Shown here: piece after piece, positions 1-12,853 of the stretch
Position numbering within the stretch: the first letter of the stretch is position 1
Layout of the letters: each line of letters starts with the position of its first letter
From: Catajapyx aquilonaris
Taxonomy: Eukaryota
Length of the DNA stretch: 64,000 nt
NCBI GenBank assembly: GCA_000934665.2
Contig: KZ538101.1
Coordinates: 62,001 to 126,000 of the forward strand
Direction: 5' to 3'
The notes under the pieces: model-generated
Database searches by the model: none
Seen by the model: only the letters and a program-made list of their open reading frames with translations
Told to the model about the DNA's origin: nothing
Translations under genes and position numbers: made by a program

Positions 1-127
1 CATGTAAAGTTTACTGCAAACATGTGGCTTAAAGAACTTCCAAAAAGTTTTCATACTGCTTCATCACGGGGTATCCTCTATTAACTAATAGACTATACAG
101 TACTGATATCAGTGTTCTCCTCCCACT

Positions 128-867
128 CACAATGGACACTATCCAAGTGTCACTCACCGATTTTCTTGAAATTCGGTGCACAAAAACAAAAGAAGAGCCT
201 TTAGTGTTGTGTACTTGTGTGTTTAGACTAAGAAGTGTTGCAGTGATGTGTTTGTTTAGATTGTGTTGTTATCTTCAAATATTTGAAAAAATGTAATTTT
301 TTTCAAATGTAATTTTAAAACCGGCGCGGCGTTAAATGTGAAACGACGTAAAATGGAGCGGCGCGTAAAACGGGTACTTCCCGTGTACGTCTGGCGACAG
401 TGATGCCACCGTGCGATCAGCCACCAGTACGTTACAGCCGAGATCTCCTGACACATCTCAAACTTGTGCGTCGGTCACTTACAATGAGATAATGTACGCT
501 ACAATTACAAAAAAAAAACCTGTGACAAGTTTCACACCATCCTGAATAAGTGTTCCCAAAATAGGCGTCACCATGACTTTCGTTTTGGTCTTCAGCATTG
601 CCTGATATTTCGAACATATCACGATATTTCATGTCGAGTGGTGCACCAGGTCATGGTTTCCCATTACATTTACTTGAAGAGGTCGTCAAAAATGGAAATT
701 TGGAGTTTTCGGAATTTTACGAGTTGACCTCTGTACTGCCCCCTCAAAAATGGGTCACATGGTCATTTTGCGCAGATCACATTAGGTGCGTTTTTCATAC
801 CTTGGAGTGGGCTACCAATGCACCGAATTGCAAGAAAATCGGTGATACTTGGATAGTCTCCCTTGTC
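128..867. mobile_element. Non-autonomous TIR DNA transposon (MITE) with CAC-type terminus (Transib/CMC-like, superfamily uncertain)
   Basis: Left end CACAATGGACACTATCCAAGTGTCACTCACCGATTTTCTTGAAATTCGGTGCA is the imperfect reverse complement of TGCACCGAATTGCAAGAAAATCGGTGATACTTGGATAGTCTCCCTTGTC (820-867). No clear TSD. Confidence 0.65.
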
Positions 868-1987
868 AGCCAAGATATGCCGCAGAGGAGTGGATGCAAT
901 CTGAGTCTACCTCTGGTGATTGCATCGCGGGGACATTTCATATATCCTCCTGATCTAAAAAAAATATTTTTGACGCCAACCAGTGATGCCAACAGAACTG
1001 TAATATACTGGTATCCCATGGTTACAATCTGGCCTCAATAGCTGTAGCCACCTAGCGTCGAATATCTGGCTTGGGCCGCGAAAATTAAATCGCGGACAAA
1101 ATGGCGGATTCCGCTGCTGATGATTCTGTGACAATCTTTGTTGCTGTAGAGAACTGGTCATTTTCTTTTCTTCCTGAGACCAAATGCCCATTTAAATGGA
1201 CATCCGAAAAGTGGCATTTTTAGCTGAATGGGTGTGACTTTTCTTTACGTGTCTGTACCTATACACCCATAAGGAAGTGGACTTTGCACTATGCAGTTCA
1301 GTTTTAAAATCTAGAATAGCAAAGTACCACTCCAGCGGGTAAGAAGGGAAGGAGCAAGCCCTATCCCTGGAGTGGTGGCGTTAAAAAATAATTTCATTTA
1401 TCTTTAACTGTCTTCTGAGAGGAATTGCTACCACGAATACCACAAATAAATTTTAAAAACATTGTTTGGAGGATAGAGCACTATGTGAGTGATCCCTTAA
1501 GTGGTATTTCAATTTTCAGCTTTCATCCGTTCTGCTTTTGTAGCACCAATTGGGTCCTAATGTTCTCATTGGTTGTTTGTCGCCATTTTTGTCGATATTT
1601 TAAAACTAAATTTTTTTTCTCGTTTCTTATTGGGAACATGTTCAGAAAATGCAATAGGAACTGACATTGCGTTAAAAAATTCTTCTCAGGTCTCAGGAGG
1701 ATAATGCAGCTTTTCAATATAGGAATATTTTATTACCAACATTATAATTATTATCCTCTGCGTGGCCTGACCGGTGACCAGAGGATTCATTGTATTGGTC
1801 GTGTGAGATGTCCAGGTATGCACCTGGTCATCGCTGGCTATCCCATCATGGGAGAAAGCAGCAATGGAATGAAAAAAATGAACGAACACTATTATTACGT
1901 CTATAAGTGATTGTTGCATTGGATTATAATCGTCCTCGATAATGGCTAATGTCACAGCCTTTCACCTGGAAACCTGCACTCATAGGT

Positions 1988-2231
1988 GAGGCGCTTAGAA
2001 CAAAAGTGGCCCAAGTCCAAAGAAATAATGCTACAAAAATTGACCTGAAATGCCCCATGGCTGAGGCAATTCTCCTTGGAACATAAATATGATTACTCCA
2101 TCTACTGGCCAAATGTCCCAATTAGGACCTACACCAACTTTGGACCAACTTGGAGTAGTCCTTCTGAGCGTGATGGCGGTCGTTTCTCGGCAGTGGCAAA
2201 AATGGACTTGGGCCACTTTTGTTCTAAGAGG
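1988..2231. mobile_element. MITE, possibly Sola-like (GAG start)
   Basis: CTTAGAACAAAAGTGGCCCAAGTCCA near the left end and TGGACTTGGGCCACTTTTGTTCTAAG near the right end form a perfect inverted repeat of about 26 bp. Confidence 0.7.
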
Positions 2232-2863
2232 ATTTTCTTACAATGGAAATAGTTTGGACAGACACTTCCCCTTTTCACATGGGTTTCCTCCTGCTTCTCC
2301 ATTTCCATTCAGTGTAAAACTGGCAATGATTTGCACTGAACTGTTCTAGCTCCTAGCCAACATTATGCTCTCGATAGTAGACTAAAGTTAAGCCAGAAAA
2401 GCAGTAGTGATCCACTAATCGTGCATAGCTATCTCCTGCAACTTTGCCCATATACCATTTCTGTGCCTCACCATCTCACATAACCCTCCTACCCCGTCCA
2501 TTCGAGGCGCGAACCCTAATGTAAGCAGCATCTAGCGTTGCTTAAGACAGGAAGAGAACCCAATGAAAAGAAAAATAAGAAGGTGAAGACGTTGTGTTGT
2601 CCTCTTCCTCCAACCACCACCCCCCAATGCACCTCCTCAGCCGCTTATAACATGGGCAAAATTCCCTTGTCAGCCTAGGCAGAGGCTTTTGTGGGGGATT
2701 GCAGCGGGGAGCACCGCTTTGTGTGATCCCCCTTTTGATGGCCAGCCCGAGAGGCGATAATGGCGCCGGCAGCAAAGGTGTCATTAGGGGCTTCCACTTG
2801 TGAATTGGCGAGGAAGCCGCTAATCCCGTCGCCCCAAGGACAAAAGGGGAGTTGGCGAGAGCT

Positions 2864-2925
2864 GGAAGGAAGGAAGGAAGGAAGGAAGGAAGGAAGGAAG
2901 GAAAGGAAGGAAGGAAGGAAGGAAG
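2864..2925 (+). repeat. (GGAA)n microsatellite
   Basis: About 15 GGAA units with one interruption. Confidence 0.95.
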
Positions 2926-5900
2926 GTGGGTGCCCCCGTCGAATACTGCCCGTCTTTACACCCACCACCCTGTGCCCTCACCTTAATTGATCTGAAAATC
3001 CTGCCCTCCCCCCCCAGCAAAAGCAATCATGGAGCAATCACATTGGATGGGTGGGTGGGTGGTGGTACGCCAACTCCAGCAAAACAATTCAGCTTTTCTC
3101 TCGCCCTCGCAACAAGTAGGAATCCAAATGGCCTCATCAGGATCCAGCTCTTCCAGGATTTCCACAAGGTTTTGGTAACTTGGGTGCCTCAGCTGAAAAG
3201 ATGGTGGGGTGGGGTGGGCGAGTGGGGGGGGGGGGGTTCAAATTCACGTCAATCAGGGCGTCAAATTTGCTGCCCCACTTGGCTAGACCCCCCATTGAGA
3301 GTGGGTAGAGAGTTGGTAATAGTAAGAGGGGGTGGGCTTAGAGGGAGGGGGGGGGGGTGGAGGGTTCTGCCCGGCCGCTCGTACAAGGAATTGCCATTTC
3401 GAGGGCCACTGCAGGATTCAGGGGGGTCGACTGGGGTGTTAGTAGGGGGTAGGGGTGGTGGAGGTGGGGTGCTGCTGCTGCTGCTGCATAAGTGCTGTGG
3501 ACGCTTACGAGGACAGTGTAGAGGGACAAGAATGTCCCGGAGGGGAAGATCGATACAGGGGTGGGTATTCTCTCTCTCTCCTCCCCTCTCTCCCCATCCT
3601 CACACAGCCCTCCCTCCCAACCACGCCCTAGGAAATACGTACACCCACACACCCACACACACAGAACTCTCCTCTCCGATCTTTGCTAGCAATTTATGCT
3701 TCCAGACTCCTAAAAAGTAGACTCCCATAGTAGACTCCTCTGGGACGATGCAACTGGAAATCAGCCTCACGGAATGTAGGGAGGGGTGAAAATACAGACT
3801 GCAGGAACTGAGCAAAACGTGGGGTCGAAGGGTGGGAAATTAGACATGGGAAAAACGGTGCTAAACTTGTGGATGTGACCCTATCGTAAAATTCCCATTC
3901 CTGATAAGAAATTATTTTCCTTCCCTCTGCAGCGAATCTCGACTTTTGCTCAATAATATATTGGATCTTAGTTTTTTTCTAGCAAGAAATTAATTTTGAC
4001 AGTTCACAAAGTTTATGATTACTGTTCGTGACTACCTTGAAGGATTAGACATTTTCGGTACCAGAATTCAATTAGCATCGTAGGATTTCAAATTGCACTG
4101 CATATGGTGGCAGCAATAAAACTGCACAACATGCACTTTTCCATTTTCAAATGAACTTTCGAATTGTTCAAGTTATTGCCCAGACATGCCACTCTACAAG
4201 TTAATCAGACCGTGTATTTGTGCCATACAGAAATGTGTGAAGGACAAGTGACCTGTAACCTATGCTAGAATGAATTCATTAAAGCAGGGGAGCACATTCT
4301 GCATCTGAGAAAGGTCTGCCATAAAATTTGCTTTATAGGTCTACTCTCCTTTGAAACTAAAGTTGGAAACTATGATTTTACCCATATGCATTAATGAATT
4401 TGCTATGGAATGCCACAGATAACCTTGGCCCAGATATCTGCACCTGGGAAACAAACCCAAGACCTTATAGTATAATTACTACAAACTTAATTAACATGTG
4501 AATTATAATTCTAGCCTATATTGCTTCTATGGAATCCATGACTACAAAAAAAGCAATCTGAGCTCTTCCCTGCATCCTTTGGAGAGCCAAATTCCTCACT
4601 CACCACCTGGATTCCAGGCTTTCTGCCTGCCTGAAACATGCAGAGCACGGGGCCTATAGGACTCTTGGATTGGTTGTCAACAGACTCTGGGAAGCGGGAC
4701 GTTACACTCGTTTGCACACCCAAGACGAGCTGTGAAGTTCATTTCGAATGCAATCAATTAGCGTGGGGCAGTTGGATCAGGTCCTCTGTGGTTACCATCA
4801 TCAGCGATCACTTGGCGACGTGCTTTTCGTTTCACCTCTTGGCCTCCTTTCCCTATATAAACACTATTGCCGTATGGATCACCGTTAGCTGTGAGGATGA
4901 ATTTATGACCAAATCGCAGAAATTTAATTATTTTTCAATTAATCTTCAATAACAAGTTTATCACATGAAAGCGAGAGTTTTGCAGCCTCTCTCCTTTTAC
5001 GCACATAAAGTATGGGAAAAGCATTGGACGTAGGGTTGACTAGCTTGGCACACCCAATCAGATGCTGGCGGCACTCGTCATTTGAAAGCCATCGGGGAAG
5101 TCCCGAGGCCACACATCCTGCGCTATACCGACGCCCAAGGGAGAAATTAAGCATCCTGGAATTTCTTTTTCTTCTCCTTCCACCTCTTATTCCTCCCCCT
5201 CCCCCCCCCTATCCTCGTTTCTTTCTCTATACCCCACTTCCATCCCGCTCTTTCTTTTCCTTCGAAGCTTGGGATCGGCATGGGGATTGGCTTCGCTTTG
5301 CTTTTTATATATTGGTGCCACCAAATCTCCTCCTTTGTCTGCTCCGGAAAATTAGGGAGCAACGGCAGCGGTAATATCATATTTCTGGTAATCCCAGCCC
5401 AGCACCTCCAACGGCAGCTAAAAGAATTGTTTGACCTTAGGGAAGGCGACAATCGTCACTTTTCTTAGCGATACGATAGGTCTGCTTTATTTTATTGACC
5501 TTTGTAATGCATTGGGTGTACGTTAGAGTGGGACTGCTGGGTGTATCTCACTGGCTTAAGGCTGCTTGGCTCTCTTCTCTGGGGAGAAAGGCTCGACCAC
5601 ATGTGAGGCCATCTAGAAATATTTCAATGCGGTAACGACGACTTCGGCACAGCCGAGCACGACTTTTATGGAGTGTATCTTGCAAAAATGGGATCTTCCT
5701 CTGAAAGAAAGTAGTTTTCGATACTTTGGTTAGGACAATTCTCGTAACACTATTTCAGCGTTACGTAAGATTTACTTGATCGTAATTTGGGTCTGACGTT
5801 ATGCTGCAAATTGGCTCTCATCCCATTGCTTATCGTTACAAATTATACAGGCTCATCTAAAATACTTGTTCAACTAATATGAATTGCCCATTGGAACAAC

Positions 5901-6282
5901 CGGCAATTTCACGTCAATGACAGAATCCACTTTGTGCAGACCAGACCCATTTGCAGGCTTTAAACATGACGGGAACAAGCAATAATATTAACTTTAATAA
6001 CTATTAAAAGTAATTATGCAAAAGTAACTACTAAAATAAGCAGCTTGGTGTCATCAAATAGCGACATTAGTCGGACAAGTATTTTGGATCACCCTGTCAT
6101 AATAACAGGCTGTCCCTAAGGACAAGTCCACAATGAAAGGGTGGTAATTACACCACAGCAGCCACAGGTAGGTTCATGGAACATACACGTCATTGGTGTA
6201 AAGTTTTCGCGTTATAACAATAGGATGTTACTCACAAATGCACCGCTAATCAACCCATTGCAGACAGTATTTAGAGGCGACA

Positions 6283-6450
6283 AGGTGGTATAATGGTTAG
6301 CGTTAGTTCTCCGGGTGGTAGAAAAGTGAGAGTTGAGGGGAAGTAAAGCCGTCGCGTCGGGCCCGTGTGCTTGTGACATTGCGCGAGTGCACGTTAAAGA
6401 TCCCCAGAGTGGCCAAATTTCCAGGAGGAAGACCACCTCCTGGCGTCGGT
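6283..6450 (+). mobile_element. Old SINE fragment with Nin/Meta/Deu-type central domain
   Basis: A-box-like TGGTATAATGG followed by GGCCCGTGTGCTTGTGACATTGCGCGAGTGCACGTTAAAGATCCCCAGAGTGGCCAAATTTCC. From recall this resembles the GCACGTTAAAGAWCCC core of conserved-domain SINEs such as tick Ruka. B box not evident. Confidence 0.5.
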
Positions 6451-7877
6451 GTTGAGCCTAGCGGCAGAAAATTCTGGTTTATCCTGACTCTCTACCGCAA
6501 CCCTCAAGCCTCTTCCATTCACCAGGATGTCTAAATTCCAGGATAAAACCTGCCCGATAAAACCGACCAAGCGGAAATACCTGGAGAGCATAATGATCCT
6601 CAGCGTCCAAAACCCACCGGGTTTAAATTCCAGAATCAGTTATGATGTAATTTTGATATAGTGATGAATCACCACTTCATTATGCACTACTATCTATGGC
6701 AACAGTAAGGATGCCACACAGTATTGGCGATAATTCCATTTCATCACTATTATGTTTTCATATTATATTATCAGTCACATTTCACTATTTTATAGAATTC
6801 CATAGTTTGTTCTCAGCAGATTACAGTGTAGAAAATACATATTATGTACAAAGTGTGCAGTACCTAGAGTTTATGTCGTTTTGAGCAGCTAAAGAACAGT
6901 GTTTTACAAACCTCATATCTAGCTTTTCAGTTACCTTTATGTGCATGTTTAGAGCGCATCAATCATCAAGATGTTGAGAAAACCTGACGCCCTGATTTTA
7001 AGCCCGGTAGTTAAAAGGCCGTTCTTTTATTAATCTCATAAAAATGTAAACGGACGTGGAATCAACAATCTTGGCCAGAAGGAGATAATATCACTGCATT
7101 ACCCAAATGAGAAACCGCATATCTTAGGTTATGGTTTTATTACCTCTCTACTCCGGCCGCGCAGTGATATGTTATGGATTTCGGAAATATACTGCAACAG
7201 GCAGACACGCCTGCTGACAAAATAATGCTGAAGTAGTCCTCTTGTAGTTTTCTGCTTGAAGCGAATGCTCTATATACCAACGGGCTGTTATGGGGCAATT
7301 CGTTATCGGATATATCCGCTATACAATGCCTGTAATACTTTGGCAATGATCCAGCAGCACCGTGGGTGTACCTGTTGTGAACAACAGGAAGTCCTAATTG
7401 GTTAGTACAAAAGTTAGGTAGACCATCCAACCTTTGAGTGCCAATATTGTTCGTCCTAAGAAAGCTGACAAAAATAATCCCGGATCTTCAGTGACCTCAC
7501 CAATCCGCCTACTCTCGTTGGTTCTGGAAGCAGACACCCTACATTTCCCTATTATTGCAACCATCTCTTCCGTTGTCAATTCACTTTACTTCTGCCTACA
7601 GATATTTTTAAAACTTTGCCAGATAATTAAGTTTATCAGTTTTTTGTAGGCAAATCGATAATATTCGCTCTTACAGTGTCGCTGCAGGCAGCTCAGAAGT
7701 AAATCCATGTAGATGGCGAATAAAGGAACAAAAATAGATGTCCCACAACAAAATTCTATGTACTGTACCTGTATAGTCAAGTTTCCAGACATGAGATTTT
7801 CAGTATTCGTACCTGACTTCATATTTTCAGCCCATTACGATTTTCCTTTAATTCTTATTTTTAACTATAGCATATTT

Positions 7878-8233
7878 ATTAGGCCTATTTATTTATTTAT
7901 TTAATTTTACCCCGTGATAGGGCTGAGCCCTTATATGGGGTGGCACACCACCATCAGTTTTCTAATGTGTATAGTTTTTTTCAATCACCGGTGCAAGGAA
8001 TCAAGGACAGAGGGTAAGGGATTTTTGGGGAGGGAACATGGGTGCAAGTGCAATGTCTGTAAAGGGGTCATGTGCATCCCCAGGTGGTTAAGTTGCCAGA
8101 CACGAGACACCTCCAAGGCGCGGGTGAGAGACCCTCCTGACGCAGGTGAAAGGGAAATCCCAGGATCGAACCTGGGACCTTTCACTCAGCAAGCCGATAC
8201 GTTACCATCTCGGCCACCGCACCCCCCCCCCCC
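7878..8233 (-). mobile_element. tRNA-derived SINE family A, full length
   Basis: Minus-strand A box TGGCCGAGATGG and B box GGTTCGATCC; (TAAA)n tail; TSD AACTATAGCATATTT (7863-7877 / 8234-8248); homologous to copies at 8718, 10577 and 58386. Confidence 0.92.
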
Positions 8234-8305
8234 AACTATAGCATATTTTATTACTCCTTTTAAATAATAAAACAGCCAAAAATACCCTGGCACCCAAATT
8301 CATTA

Positions 8306-8607
8306 TTTATATATTTATTTTTATTTATTTTACCCCGGAGCCCTTTTAGGGTGGTGGCATATACTGTACCACCGTCAGTTTTCATCGATTTTTCTGATTC
8401 TTACTTCGCACCTGGGTGGGGCCAAGGATAGGGACGGAAGGAAGCGGCTGTGGCCTATTTTTTACGGAAACGACCCCGGAATTATCCTGGGGGGACCGTG
8501 GGAAACCACAGAAAACCACGGTCAGGGTCGCCTGCCCCGGGATTCGAACCCAGAACCTTCCGATTAGCAGGCGGACTCCATATCCATTACACCAACCTGC
8601 TTCGGTT
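8306..8607 (-). mobile_element. tRNA-derived SINE family B
   Basis: A box TGGTGTAATGG, B box GGTTCGAATCC, body GTGGTTTTCTGTGGTTTCCC...TAGGCCACAGCCGCTTCCTTCC; TSD ACCCAAA(T/G)TCATTA; homologous to copies at 39601 and 53179. Confidence 0.92.
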
Positions 8608-8717
8608 ACCCAAAGTCATTAAATATTCAAAATTACTAAAAATTATGTCCCCAAAAATACCAACTTACGAGTGCTGATGCTGGGCTGACGCAAGTACTAA
8701 TGGATGAAGACTATAGA

Positions 8718-9059
8718 GGGGACGTGTAGATGGCCGAGATGGTAATGTCTCGGCTTGCTGAGTGAAAAGCCCCAGGTTCGATCCCCGCCTGGGAACTCCC
8801 TTTCACCTGACTCGGGAAGGTGTCTGACCCGCACCTTGGAGGTGTCTGGCAACCTAACCTCCTGGGGAACAGCACATGACCCCTTTACAGACCTTGCACT
8901 TGCACCTATGTTCCCTCCCCAAAAATCCCTACCCATACCCTACATCCTTGACTCCTTGCACCGGAGATTGAAGTTAAAATCTAGAAAAATGGAGTGAAAT
9001 GGTGGTATTCCACCCCCCTAAAAAGGCTCCGCCTTATCACGGGGTAACTTTTTTTTTAA
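8718..9059 (+). mobile_element. tRNA-derived SINE family A
   Basis: A and B boxes; same body as the 7878 copy; TSD ATGAAGACTA(T/C)AGA (8704-8717 / 9060-9073). Confidence 0.92.
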
Positions 9060-10576
9060 ATGAAGACTACAGAAACATTCGCAAACCATGGATTCAACCC
9101 GGAAAAATATTAGTGTTAGTGCTACAAGCCAGATAGCCTTCTAACATAAGTTATGTGATGTCAAGACAAATAAAGATATGTACGTAACAGCGCAGTACCG
9201 TAAAAGCCTGCATATAAGCCAATATGACATACTCATCTTGCAATCAGTGTAATACATAACATACACCATAATTATCATGCCTCAATACCTACCACACATT
9301 TTCCTTATTACCTAATAAATATACGATAATTATACAAACTATTCATAACTCTCTCACTGCTGCAATAAGTTTGATTTGAACATGCATCATCCTAACCCCC
9401 TTCAAAAGTGGTCACCTTCTGACCCCCCCTGCATCCTCCGAATGACAAACAGGTGCTCACTACATTCCCAGATGATATGCCAATTCCGTATATCCGATCC
9501 GTCCAGGAATAAAAATGACATCCGCTTCTCTCTTACAAGCTGCGGTTGGCAGGGGGAGGGGTTGGCTAGGGTTAAAAGGGTTGAGATGGGCAAAATGGGG
9601 GTGGAGGGGGAGGAAGCCAGCAGGTCTCTAGGGAGCAACCTTAGGGAGCCCAGGAAGAAGATCCGGGAATCCGGCGGGAATCCAGGCGCCCAAGATATCC
9701 TGCCCCAACTGCCAAACTTTCTGTCCGGCTCAGCAAGTTGTTGCAGAAGCACCTGAGCCTTGTAGCTTCGACCCACCAGCGGGGTGGGGTGTGTCACGGA
9801 CCTCTTTCGTGCAGGCGGGAGTGACCTAGTCTCCAGGGGGTGGAGGGGTTGGTAGAAAAAAAAGGAGGGGGGGGGGGGGGCTTGTAGGCGGAAGACGCAT
9901 CTCCTCCCAACTACCCCGTGCGACCGTATTCTTGGCGAATAAAGAACAAGAAGAAGGCTATAAGAATAATAAAGCGAAGACGTCCTAGCCCGGATCCCAG
10001 GCAACAGAGCAATAACATCCGGCCATAAAGGGCCCTGAATGATTCGTAAAATTGCAGAGGACATCTCTTCATTAACCACCGACCCGTTTTTGGATGGACC
10101 TACCCAGCCGCAGCTGATCTCTTTCCCGGGATTTTCCGGGACAGACTTTATTCTTAATTACATGCAGCTCGTAGTCGGTGGCCACCTGAGGCCAAATTCT
10201 GTCACCCGGAACAAAAAAAAATATATGCAGGGGATGCTGGGCTGGCTGCTTGGGGGAAGGAAATTGGCGGATCCAAGCCACGAGCTCAAATAAATTTCCA
10301 ATTGTGGCTCCATGCAGGAATGCCAACCACTATAGCGTGTCCAGCAGCCACTGCCTCTGACGACAGAGGCCACTACGATCGACCAGTCTGGACCGGGGGT
10401 GGGGGTAGGAAATATTCCCATTTTTTTGTGGGGTGTGTTATATAGCGGAGAGGAATGACCTAATGGTATTAGCAGGGTATTACTTTGGCCACAAACAGGC
10501 CAGTTATTTGTAATAGTGTTCATTCTAGTTATATACTGTTTTTTAAAATATATTTGTATACTGTAGTCAAAATATG

Positions 10577-10911
10577 GGAAGGTGTGTGGCCGTGATCTCG
10601 GCTTGCTGAGCGAAAGGTCCCAGGTTCGATCCCCGCCTGGGATTTCCCTTTCGCCTGCGTAAGGAGGGTCTCTCACCCGCGTCTTGGAGGTGTCTGGCAA
10701 CATAACCTCCTGGGGAACAGCACATTGCCCCTTTACAGACTTGCACACATGTTCCCTTCCCAAAAATTCTCACCCTTACCCTATATCCCTGTATCCCTCA
10801 CGGTGAATGAAGATAAACCCACAGAAAATTGAAGGAATGGTGGTGTTCCACCCCCCTAAAAGGGCCTAAGGTCCTATCACGGGGCAACTTAAATAAATAA
10901 ATAAATAAATA
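10577..10911 (+). mobile_element. tRNA-derived SINE family A
   Basis: B box GGTTCGATCC; (AAAT)n tail; perfect 19-bp TSD ATACTGTAGTCAAAATATG (10558-10576 / 10912-10930); small deletion in the A-box region. Confidence 0.93.
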
Positions 10912-12853
10912 ATACTGTAGTCAAAATATGTTATAGGAGTTGCTTGCCCCATACTATATTAAGCTTAGAAGCTGAATTTGGTTGGTAAAACAATCGTAAA
11001 ACAATAGCTACGCTTGGAAAACAATAACTAAATCCAGACAGCTTAAAACTTTGAAGATATACTTTCGGTCCGCATTAGGCTTAATACTTTAAAAAGAAAA
11101 TTTCATTTGGCATTTTCCTTGGGCAGACTTTTAGGTTTCGTAGGATTAGGTTAAGCTACCATTACAAAGTTAAGCGTCATACTCATACCAGCATTCGTCA
11201 TTTTTTAAAAAAAGAAGTCCATCTCGTCGGCTCATACTATAAATGAACTGACATTCGTTGAGACGATGGCAAGGGGACTTAAAACCACGTATATTTTGTT
11301 ACACGTGCGTGTGACAAAATTATGGCTGAAGTTATCGTTTGAATTGCGCTCCTCGGGGAGTTATTTCTCTCAACCTGTCCTAAGAGAGCAAATGAATGGC
11401 ATCATGAAACTTCAAAATCCGCACCTGTTGCTACTCAATTACCAGAAGTGGTCAACTGAGCGCGAGAGCCGGCTTGTGGGGACTTATTTAAATGGGAGAT
11501 GAAAAGGACTATTATACCGAATTTCAGTAGGTACCGGTATGTTAGGAAAAGGCACCATTTTCTGATTGAATCCTGTCTCATCTTGCATGCCTACATTAAT
11601 AGTTTGAGTTCCTTAAAATTATGTCGTGAAAAAACCACTCTGGAGGTAAAGATAGTCATCTGCAATTTGCTAATGTAAAACAACATGGCTAGCCCATATA
11701 GGATCACTATTGGGTATAATGTGGCCAAAATAGTAGCATGGCGGCAACACGTTGGAGGCTTATAAAGCTTTTACGTGGCATATTTTCAGGAAGGTTGCTG
11801 AGAGCTTTTTAATCCTGAATGACACGGTGACACACTTTCAAGCAAAGCAGTATGGTCCCGAATTTTTAAATGTGACATTCGATCACTATCGACCAATCCT
11901 CGAATTGAAAAAATTTTCATTCTTTAAAATTTTTTACACGTGCATTACTGTAAACTGTTTGTAAAAACGTTCACTGACATATCCGGATAATTGCATACAT
12001 CCTTTTGCTTTTTTTGTTTTTAAATATGTATGTGCTTATATTCCATTATCATTTTGTTTCTCATGAAGATGTTACGTGGTTCGCCAATTTGCATACCCTA
12101 CACTACCCACATTCACCCTTGCCCAACTACATCCACCCACACCACCATTCAACATTCTGCCTCCTCAATACCTATACCCCCGCACACCCACCCCCTCCCC
12201 CCTCTTGAAATTGTTGCCAACCCTTCGCACTTATTAATATTAATGCCACGCCTTGGGAGAAACTTATCGCTGACGGGCGGGTGGGGGAAGGGGTGGTGGT
12301 GGGAATGCCTGAGGAACTGGGAATAGGGGGGGGGGAGGCTGGATGCAAGAATAGAGGTGGTGTGGGAGGAGGTTGAAGGGGGAGGGGGGAGGAGAACACA
12401 GAGCCTTATCGCTGCGCCCTGATGACAATAGACGCAAGGGTTGCCGCCACTCGCGGAAATTGGAACTTCTCCATTAAGAGTCTCCTTTAGGGTGCGTGGT
12501 GGGGGTATGCTGGAAAAATTAATCGGAGGAGCAGCTGGCTCCAGGGAGCATTACAAGATGATTTAAAGGGTGGCGCGAGGGCGGGGGAGGAGGAGGAGGG
12601 AAGGAGGGCACGACTATAGCTAAGAACACGGCCATGCATCACACTTTGGATGTGTAAAGATAGGGGTTGTTGCAAATACACATGTTAACTCCGAGCTTTA
12701 CGACCTTTTTGCTTAATGCGACACTTGTAAGTACTCGAATCCTGTTACCCTCGAGCCTGGAAATAAGCTTAGGTTGATGGGTACGAGCGTGGCAGATAAA
12801 CATAGTGGGATGGCGAAAATTATGATTGGAGCACACTAGTCATCAAGCACTAC

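Noticed and set aside
2926..3720. Longest ORF (264 aa)
   Set aside because: Gly/Arg/Pro-rich translation of G-runs and simple repeats; no recognisable domain.
6525..6595. Twister-ribozyme-like arrangement (TAA...CC-GACCAAGC-GG...GGAGAG)
   Set aside because: The L4-like loop and P4 stem are too short and the pseudoknot pairings cannot be formed; an Infernal search with Rfam twister models would settle it.
7586..7760. RT-like PLFAIYMDLL on the minus strand
   Set aside because: A single short motif without QG or (Y/F)ADD support; too weak to call a LINE fragment.
9402..10079. 225-aa minus-strand ORF
   Set aside because: GC-rich low-complexity sequence with no recognisable motif or splice context.
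10158..10763. 201-aa ORF, and similar ORFs at 7914, 8416, 39639, 52878 and 58428
   Set aside because: They run through SINE copies; the similar peptides simply reflect repeated non-coding elements.
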